Assembly (NCBI GenBank): GCA_964404925.1
Contig: CAYOLW010000001.1
Location: 222,665-269,991, forward strand
Direction: 5' to 3'
Length of the DNA: 47,327 nucleotides
Origin: an uncultured Candidatus Saccharibacteria bacterium
Lineage (GTDB): Bacteria > Patescibacteriota > Minisyncoccia > Phycocordibacterales > UBA9973
Part shown: positions 28,301 through 33,984 of the stretch, piece by piece
Numbering within the stretch: the first letter of the stretch is position 1
Layout of the letters: the number at the start of each line of letters is the position of its first letter
Program-made: the position numbers and the translations under genes
Notes under the pieces: model-generated
Told to the model about the DNA's origin: nothing
Database searches by the model: none
What the model saw: the letters and a program-made list of their open reading frames with translations, nothing else

Positions 28301-28339
28301 CAATACAAACGAAAACACTTTTTTATACATATTTTTCAT
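25307..28339 (-). CDS. Giant surface protein: Fn3-like and ~7 Ig-like Cys-containing repeats, LPNT-type anchor, His-rich tail
   Basis: It has a signal peptide MKNMYKKVFSFVLVLGAFLLGANYAFA and repeats of the form ANPxSIxxGxSSTLTWSVxNATSC...TYTLTC. The C-terminus is FLPNTLIGW plus a TM helix plus RHGHGHDAHGDHGAH. Confidence 0.8.
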   Translation of the reverse strand: MKNMYKKVFSFVLVLGAFLLGANYAFAFTPSFELGSAVATNITQTSATLNGTFNPNGLATTAWFEVDNGSTHYGTTSLGGGNGDVPYSYTLNNLAPGSNHTFRAVAQNSDGTTSSFPWTSFTTEQQQQQTTVALWANPQSIQSGQGSTLSWTVTGWNGMCTATAFPATSQWSGSKAWNGGPVTVFPTQTTTYTLTCNGVSDSTTVSVTTPPPQTCPPGMIGVPPNCTWPQQNAPTVNLTANPSSIQTGQSSTLTWSVSNATSCVASNGWSGNKNANGGSQVVSPTSNTTYTLTCTGPGGSASDTATVTVTQAPPANVLITNLSANPVSVSYNGSTTVTWSVTGATLCTANSTPSTSWTGSVSATGGSQVVNNLTSNPTYFNLYCTGPGGFDSKTISVAVGSQPPAGDPPTVTIKAIPASIPYGEGTEIYWYPVNATSCLGTGGTNGWAGSKYHYSDSFWTGHLYADTTYTITCSNQYGTSAAASVTVKVGNTPTPTVDINANDTTLNYGDSTYVFWSSTNATSCTANGGANGWAGTKNLTGNVSTGNLYNNTTYTITCYNGSNSNSDSVTIYVENVQQNNPSVTTYFATNVTQNSATLNGYVNTNGNSTQRWFEWGTSSGALYNSTNHQYQSYSGNFSEFVSGLQPNTTYYFRAVANGNSGNIYGNISSFTTTGNLINPNTCGFGINCAPTAVTTLATNVDQNSARLNGLGLLSGGNVATNGYFEWGTTTALGNITNNAFIGSAVSNPFYASLFTLQPNTTYYFRAVVTNQYGTARGEIRNFTTRGNTVIVNNNPRTTAVTQGSQVDRNVVSVTNVGQVEGVGTSKASLVYLTVDHNNEAVSAGSEVEYTFFYKNVSAENLRDIVLQVMLPGEFEYVGATLGDYNAETKTLVANIPSLYPGEEGAVTVRVLVNSKETGTVIAITGNLAYTVVSNGSQEEVFAYSRNTIAGAVAGIGLTGAAIFGSGFLPNTLIGWIIIILIILAVALLIRTMYAPRHGHGHDAHGDHGAH

Positions 28340-28461
28340 AAATTTCTCTCCCGTTTTAAAGCATTCTTCGTCCGTCCGTAGCCTTGGCGTAGGAGGATTC
28401 GCTTGTTTTGGGAATAATAATCCGCTTTTGGCGGTTCTACTAATAATTGATTAATAACGGG

Positions 28462-28490
28462 ATACTAGCACATTTTCCAAATAAAGTCAA
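28462..28490 (-). promoter_or_regulatory. Promoter of the surface-protein operon
   Basis: On the minus strand: TTGACT (28490-28485), a 17-nt spacer, then TGcTAGTAT with the -10 at 28467-28462. GGGAGAG lies before the ATG at 28339. Confidence 0.6.
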
Positions 28491-28560
28491 GTACAGTTTG
28501 TAATCTTCTATTATTCTAGCCGGCTACTTGGATAGGTAATTACAGAGCATATTATTAGTA

Positions 28561-28589
28561 TTGACTTTTTGTTAAATGTATGTTAATGT
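28561..28589 (+). promoter_or_regulatory. Sigma-70-type promoter facing the T9SS-type gene
   Basis: TTGACT (28561-28566), a 17-nt spacer, then TAATGT (28584-28589). Confidence 0.55.
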
Positions 28590-28628
28590 GCATAGGTTCT
28601 ATGTTCTTTCTCAATTAAATAGCGTGAG

Positions 28629-28662
28629 TCCTGCATAGCTTTACGCGAAGCAGGATGTTTTT
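28629..28662 (+). terminator. Terminator-like hairpin in the leader (attenuator or short sRNA end)
   Basis: TCCTGC-N15-GCAGGA followed by TGTTTTT. It lies about 35 nt downstream of the predicted transcription start and about 120 nt upstream of the ATG at 28781. Confidence 0.4.
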
Positions 28663-28780
28663 AAAACGATAGATTTTTCATGATTTGATCTGTAGAGGGT
28701 GGGAAGTTTTTGGACATTTATATTAAGTGTCTTAAGATTTTCCACTCTCAACGTAAATTTTTTAAAACAAATCAATAGTC

Positions 28781-30670
28781 ATGAAAAAATTCAAAGCCCT
28801 CGCGGCAATTCTCGTCTCAATTCTTTTTATTACCGGCAATATTTTTGCCCAAAATGCTTGTGGTATTCAGGCAACACCCACTACTCCCGTAGGTTGCTTT
28901 GGTAGTGCGACAGGGTCAATTGACCTTCAGTTGGCTAACCCCGGAGTATCTGGCGGTTACACCTATCAATGGTCTAACGGCGCCACCACCCAGGATCTGA
29001 CAAATATCCCGGCTGGTACCTATACCGTCCTGATTACATATTTGTGGAACGGGCAAGGATGTCAAAGCCAAAGTAATCCGATCACAGTTAATCAACCACA
29101 ATTCGGCCTCAGCCTGAACACATCTGCATTTCCGGTGTCGTGCTTCGGATTATCAGATGGTTGGACCGAACTCGTAATCTTGGGCGGAACCGCACCTTAT
29201 GAAACTCACTGGAGCAATGGTGCTAACACTGAGGACTTGGACAATGTTCCGGCCGGCACTTATTTTGTCACCGTAACAGATGCCAACGGATGCGTAAATA
29301 CCGGTGCTGTCACAGTTGGACAACCTGCCCCTTTGCAGGTTTCAACAAGTGTTCAGCAAGGTAGTTGCGGTCAGTTCGGCTCAATTGACGTGAGCGTATC
29401 TGGCGGAACAGCCGGCTATACCTATGACTGGAGCAATGACGGACCGGAAAGCCCGGACAACGACCCGCAGGATCTAAGTGGACTGACAACCGGAACTTAT
29501 ACTGTAACCATCACTGATGCACATGGATGCCCAGTAACCACTTCTGCCACAATTACTGGCGGCGGACAGGGTATCAACCCGAATGTAACCAGCACCTGTG
29601 ACGGTGCAATTATCAGCGGTTTGACGGCCGGTACTTATACGGTAACGATTACCAATGCTGACGGCTGTACTTCTGTGAAAACATTTACGGTTGCTTGCAA
29701 TCTTGCCGTTGGTGCTTCGGTATCCAATGTAAGTTGCAACGGCGGCAATAATGGTGCGATCAACCTGAACGTTACCGGTGGCACAATACCTTATACTTTC
29801 CACTGGAATACGGGCTCGTCAAACCAAAATTTGGCAAATCTACCAGCCGGAACTTATACGGTGACTGTCACTGATGCAACGAACAACACCAAAACTGTGA
29901 GCGCTACAGTGAGCCAACCTTCGGCAATTTTTACATCTGCAAGTGTCAATGACGTATCAAACAATGGTGGCTCAAACGGATCAATTAATTTGTCGGTAAG
30001 TGGTGGTACTCCGGGTTATACATTCCACTGGAACAACAATGCTTTGACGGAAGATGTTTTCAATCTTGCAGCCGGTATCTATACCGTAACTGTCACAGAT
30101 GTGAACTGGTGTACCGTAACGCTTTCGGCAACTGTAAACCAGCCGCCGCCATGTGTTGCACCCAATGCATCTTTCGCTGCAAGTAGCCCAACCGGGTTTA
30201 TTGCATACTGCGCAAATCTGAGCACTGGTACGAACCTCAGTTATCACTGGTGGTTTGGCGATGGTCAGGAATCAACAGAGGAGAATCCGACACATACATA
30301 CCAGAATACCGGTATGTACCTGATCACCTTGAAGGCCACGAATGAGTGTGGTCAGGATAGTGAAACTAAGAACATTCTTATCTCTGGCGGTGGCCCAACT
30401 CCGGTTGTGGAACCTGGCAATGATGAAAATGGACTGACTGTTTTCCCAAATCCGGCAGTTGATTTTGTGTCTGCTAAGTTTGAGAATTTTGAAAAAGCCG
30501 ACAATGTGTATTTGTTCAATTCTGTGGGTCAACAACTCGCAAGTTTTGGTTCTATTCGAACCAACGAACAAATCAACGTAGAAGGATTTGAAGCCGGCAC
30601 ATACTACCTTTGTTTCAAATTTGGCGACAAAATTACAACCCGGAAGCTCGTTAAATCGAGCAGTTTCTGA
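28781..30670 (+). CDS. Secreted protein with ~6 SprB-type repeats, a PKD domain and a T9SS type-A C-terminal sorting domain
   Basis: The signal peptide ends ...GNIFAQ. Repeated units have the form C.G...GSIDL...GG..GYTY.WSNGATT.DL.N.PAGTYTVT.TD. The PKD block is WWFGDGQESTEENPTHTYQNTGMYLITLKATNECG. The C-terminus is LTVFPNPAVDFVSAKF...LFNSVGQQL...GTYYLCFKFGDKITTRKLVK. Third codon positions are visibly richer in C/G than in the flanking genes. Confidence 0.85.
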   Translation: MKKFKALAAILVSILFITGNIFAQNACGIQATPTTPVGCFGSATGSIDLQLANPGVSGGYTYQWSNGATTQDLTNIPAGTYTVLITYLWNGQGCQSQSNPITVNQPQFGLSLNTSAFPVSCFGLSDGWTELVILGGTAPYETHWSNGANTEDLDNVPAGTYFVTVTDANGCVNTGAVTVGQPAPLQVSTSVQQGSCGQFGSIDVSVSGGTAGYTYDWSNDGPESPDNDPQDLSGLTTGTYTVTITDAHGCPVTTSATITGGGQGINPNVTSTCDGAIISGLTAGTYTVTITNADGCTSVKTFTVACNLAVGASVSNVSCNGGNNGAINLNVTGGTIPYTFHWNTGSSNQNLANLPAGTYTVTVTDATNNTKTVSATVSQPSAIFTSASVNDVSNNGGSNGSINLSVSGGTPGYTFHWNNNALTEDVFNLAAGIYTVTVTDVNWCTVTLSATVNQPPPCVAPNASFAASSPTGFIAYCANLSTGTNLSYHWWFGDGQESTEENPTHTYQNTGMYLITLKATNECGQDSETKNILISGGGPTPVVEPGNDENGLTVFPNPAVDFVSAKFENFEKADNVYLFNSVGQQLASFGSIRTNEQINVEGFEAGTYYLCFKFGDKITTRKLVKSSSF

Positions 30671-30733
30671 AGAAGTGAATCACGCTATTTAATTAATCTA
30701 AAATAAGCGGCGTTACTGCGTCGCAACAATCCG

Positions 30734-30773
30734 CAGCCCGCTTCTTTCAAATGAGAAAGAACGGGCTGTTTTT
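30734..30773 (+). terminator. Rho-independent terminator
   Basis: CAGCCCG(C)TTCTTTC-AAATGA-GAAAGAACGGGCTG followed by T5. Confidence 0.75.
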
Positions 30774-30829
30774 AATTTTTATAAAAAAAACAGAAAACCC
30801 CCAACCGGTAAGGCAGAGGGTTTTCATAT

Positions 30830-31177
30830 GGGTTGAGATGTCTATAAGCCGAATTCTGTTTTCGCCTCATCGGCGAATGGCAGTTATTTATCTAGGATTA
30901 TTGTTACCAATAACCTCAAGCGATTCTTTCGCCTTATCGGCAAACACGATCTTGCATTCACGTAAGGATTTAGCCGTTTCACTTTCCGCATTACTACGGA
31001 ACTCGCCCCTTGATTTCTCTCAGGGCGATTTTTCTCTTTCAAGAAAAATCGTCTCTGTTCGCACCTCGCACCTCGCGGTGGACGGGGGTTACCCGCTACG
31101 CTTTCCACCTCATCGGCGGATAAATGTTCGGACTTTCCTCTACGCCGTGGAGGCGTAGCAACTACCCAACATCTCGC
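30830..31177 (-). ncRNA. rnpB: RNase P RNA (bacterial type)
   Basis: The minus strand has GAGGAAAGUCCGAAC (CR-I, reverse complement of 31129-31140), ACAGAAUUCGGCUUAU (CR-V, reverse complement of 30844-30859), and P1 pairing GAGAUGU (31175-31169) with ACAUCUC (30841-30835). A promoter lies directly upstream. Confidence 0.9.
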
Positions 31178-31181
31178 CAAA

Positions 31182-31210
31182 ACTTTAGCATAATGGTTAA
31201 GGACTTGCAA
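31182..31210 (-). promoter_or_regulatory. rnpB promoter
   Basis: On the minus strand: TTGCAA (31210-31205), a 17-nt spacer, then TAAAGT (31187-31182). The predicted start coincides with the 5' strand of P1. Confidence 0.6.
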
Positions 31211-31285
31211 TTTTTTTCGATGTATGCTATAGTAGTCGTGTGAGTGTGAGGATTTCCTCACTTATTCAAAAAACGTATGTGCCGC

Positions 31286-31309
31286 AAAAACCGCCCTCGG
31301 GCGGTTTTT
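31286..31309. terminator. Bidirectional terminator-like hairpin
   Basis: AAAAA-CCGCCC-TC-GGGCGG-TTTTT. Confidence 0.5.
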
Positions 31310-31322
31310 GTTTTGTGCCTTC

Positions 31323-31390
31323 GTTAAAATATGCTTTTCTCACCCCGAACTACCTTCGGATCGTCGGCTGCTCGAAAAGCACATTTTAAC
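31323..31390. promoter_or_regulatory. 17-bp inverted repeat with a 34-nt spacer abutting the clp-like promoter
   Basis: GTTAAAATATGCTTTTC (31323-31339) and GAAAAGCACATTTTAAC (31374-31390) match at 16/17 positions. The right arm ends 7 nt before the TATAAT at 31398-31403. Confidence 0.5.
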
Positions 31391-31394
31391 TTTG

Positions 31395-31403
31395 TGATAT
31401 AAT
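31395..31403 (+). promoter_or_regulatory. Extended -10 (TGaTATAAT) 6 nt upstream of the clp-like ATG
   Basis: TGATATAAT at 31395-31403, atccac, then ATG at 31410. The same GTGATATAAT-N6-ATG occurs at 39817-39833. Confidence 0.6.
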
Positions 31404-31409
31404 ATCCAC

Positions 31410-33302
31410 ATGCAAAAAAGCATAGAATCTTGGAAGAACCTCGTTACTTGGGCATACAATTTTTTCTCGGTGCCGTTACTTTTTAAAACTCTTTTTTCTC
31501 CTTGGGAAATGGACAGGGGAGACGGATCAGAATTTTCTTGGTTTGAAAAAATAATATTTTATATTTTCTCTCGAGTCCTGGGCTTTGTGGCGCGAGTGTT
31601 TTTGATTGTGCTTGGGCTGACACTTACCATAATTATCATTGCATTGTATCCAGTGTTCATGCTCATACCTATTAATATTGATAAAAATAAATTGGTAAAA
31701 ATAGGTAGTATTGGATCTAGCCTCTCGTATGGTAATACTTATGATTTGAATCGTATTGGTAAAGATAAAACCTTAAGTAGTGAAGTAGAAATTTTTGGTA
31801 AAGAGCGTGCATTGCGCATGGTGCTGCGCGCACTGGCCAAAGATGCGAATCACAATGTTCTACTCGTAGGTGATGTAGGCGTAGGTAAAGATACATTGAT
31901 TGATTACTTGGGTAAGCTTGGCGAATCCGGTCTTGCAGAGGCGGGCATTGTACACCACCGCGTTGTAGAATTGCCTCTTGAGAACATCAGCGCAGAAGAC
32001 ATGATAAACGCGCTCGATGAGGCACGCGATGCCGGGAATGTAATTTTGGTTGTCAAAAGCCTTGATCGGTATGAATCAATTTATGAAAAACTCCTGCCGT
32101 ATTTAGACAGCAAGAATTTAGCCATCATTGCTACAACTGAATTAGGTGGGTACGATCGTGTGCTCAAAGTACATCCGGAATTCTTGGCGAAATTCGAGAA
32201 GGTGGATATATTGCCTCCGTCTCATGAGGAGACTATGCAGATAGTTTTGAACTATGCTTTATATCACAACATCAATATCAGCAAAGAAGTTGTTGATGAA
32301 TTGGTTACTCTAGCTGGGCGGTACATCATGAATGAATCTGAACCACAAAAATCGATTTTGATTTTTGATGAATTACGTGCGCTCGCTAAAAAAGAAATCA
32401 CCATAGCAGATGTGAGGCAGATTATTTCTGACAAGACGAATGTACCCCTTGGTGCACTGGAAGCTAATGAAAAAGAAGTTTTACAAAATTTAGAGTCCAC
32501 CATGCTCGGCAAAATTATTGGACAAGAACAAGCTGTGAAAGAAGTTGCTCAAGCATTAAAGAGATTGCGGGCCGGCATTGCCAACCCGACCAAACCCGCA
32601 GGATCATTCTTGTTCTTGGGTCCGACCGGAGTAGGTAAAACATACACGGCGAAAGTTTTAGCTGAGAGTTATTTCGGCCGGCGTGATGCCATGCTGCGTT
32701 TTGATATGAGTGAATTTGCTTTGCAGGGTTCGTTGCCGATTTTTGCTGACAGGTTAGCCTCTGCTATTGAGGAGTCTCCGATGTCTTTGGTGTTCTTTGA
32801 CGAGCTTGAGAAATCGCACCGCGACATTCATCAGCTGTTACTCCAAGTACTAGATGAAGGAATGTTTACTCGCGAGAATGGCCGCGTGGCTAATTTCCGT
32901 AATGCAATAATTATCGCCACATCAAATGCAGGCAGTCGGGAAATAATTGCTGATTCAACAGTGACTCGAGATTATTTATTACAAGTTCTAATTCGTGATC
33001 AGGTGTTCAGTCCTGAATTCTTGAATCGCTTTTCAAGTATTGTGCTGTTCTTGCCGATGAGCCAGAAGGATGTACGAAAGGTGAGCAGACTGCTTCTGAT
33101 TGAATTATCAGAACGACTATTGAACGAGAAGAACATTAACCTGGTGGTAACCGATGAATTAGTGGAGAAAGTAGCGGAGGTTGGATTCGACCCTAACTTT
33201 GGCGCACGGCCCATTCACCGAGCGATAGAGGAGATAGTAGAGAACAAAATAGCTGAATTAATCATAGAAGGCAAGACAGAAGGGGAAATCAAGATCTTGT
33301 GA
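31410..33302 (+). CDS. Clp/Hsp100-family AAA+ ATPase with an N-terminal membrane segment and a degenerate first Walker A
   Basis: The second module has GPTGVGKT, FFDELEKSH and GARPIHRAIEE. The first module has GDVGVGKDT in place of the canonical GxxGxGKT. The N-terminal ~90 aa contain two hydrophobic helices. Confidence 0.8.
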   Translation: MQKSIESWKNLVTWAYNFFSVPLLFKTLFSPWEMDRGDGSEFSWFEKIIFYIFSRVLGFVARVFLIVLGLTLTIIIIALYPVFMLIPINIDKNKLVKIGSIGSSLSYGNTYDLNRIGKDKTLSSEVEIFGKERALRMVLRALAKDANHNVLLVGDVGVGKDTLIDYLGKLGESGLAEAGIVHHRVVELPLENISAEDMINALDEARDAGNVILVVKSLDRYESIYEKLLPYLDSKNLAIIATTELGGYDRVLKVHPEFLAKFEKVDILPPSHEETMQIVLNYALYHNINISKEVVDELVTLAGRYIMNESEPQKSILIFDELRALAKKEITIADVRQIISDKTNVPLGALEANEKEVLQNLESTMLGKIIGQEQAVKEVAQALKRLRAGIANPTKPAGSFLFLGPTGVGKTYTAKVLAESYFGRRDAMLRFDMSEFALQGSLPIFADRLASAIEESPMSLVFFDELEKSHRDIHQLLLQVLDEGMFTRENGRVANFRNAIIIATSNAGSREIIADSTVTRDYLLQVLIRDQVFSPEFLNRFSSIVLFLPMSQKDVRKVSRLLLIELSERLLNEKNINLVVTDELVEKVAEVGFDPNFGARPIHRAIEEIVENKIAELIIEGKTEGEIKIL

Positions 33303-33398
33303 TATAATAGGGTCAAACCTAATAAAGTCTATATTTTATAGCATTTTTCTGGCCGCACCCTAGGCGCGACAGATACCTTTGTGTGTCAAGCATGGGGG

Positions 33399-33427
33399 TT
33401 GACTTTTTATGATAAATATGCTATATT
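33399..33427 (+). promoter_or_regulatory. Sigma-70-type promoter
   Basis: TTGACT (33399-33404), a 17-nt spacer, then TATATT (33422-33427). Confidence 0.6.
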
Positions 33428-33433
33428 ATATGG

Positions 33434-33712
33434 GTAAAGTGTACCTTGAAAAAGGTGCCTCAAAATTCTATCCGTAAAGCTCTGCAAATGCAGGGCAGGA
33501 AAGAAATTGCGAAGCATTCATTCAGCCTCTACGGCTGATCCGCCGATGAGGCGGAAGAGAAGTTAGAATCCGCTTGAAAAATAGTGGATAAAAGATACTC
33601 CGACATACGTCGGAGTAAAAAAGTTTGAATCATAGATGTTGTTGATTAGATGAAGTGTACAAAGGATGTGGGCAGGAGAAAAAATTTAAAGTATTAAATT
33701 TTTTCTCCTGCC
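33434..33712 (+). ncRNA. Candidate structured non-coding transcript or long leader (family unknown)
   Basis: It follows the promoter at 33399. It has consecutive hairpins: CTGCA-AA-TGCAG, CAGCC-TCTAC-GGCTG, TCCGCC-GATGA-GGCGGA (33539-33555), ATCCGC...GTGGAT and ACTCCGAC-ATAC-GTCGGAGT. It ends in a perfect 19-bp hairpin (33671-33712). There is no ORF of 60 aa or more. Confidence 0.35.
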
Positions 33713-33984
33713 TCGGTTAACGAAAACTTTAAAAACGGCACGCAAGTGTCCGCCAAGTTTTTGTGACCAACACAATCTTTTGTAATTCGTGATTTATCAC
33801 GATTAAGAATATAGCTCGACAAGTCGAGCAGAGCCCATTGATTTTACTTTGATGATATTCTCGCGTTTTTCCAATGTTGGAAAAATGAAGAGTTTGAACA
33901 AAGGAAATTCAGGGAATAAAGTCGGAGTAACGTCTCTGGGCTTTCAAAAAATTATCTCTTCATTTTTTTCAACAACAAAGTTTT

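Noticed and set aside
30751-31261. ORFs 30751..31158 (+) and 30884..31261 (-).
   Set aside because: They overlap the RNase P RNA gene, whose conserved CR-I and CR-V motifs and P1 pairing explain this sequence. The translations are Arg/Ser-rich and show no coding signal.
33434-33712. tmRNA or 6S RNA was considered as the identity of the multi-hairpin region.
   Set aside because: It has no tRNA-like acceptor/T-arm ends and no tag-peptide reading frame for tmRNA. It also lacks the extended helix with a central bubble expected for 6S. It is kept only as an unclassified candidate.
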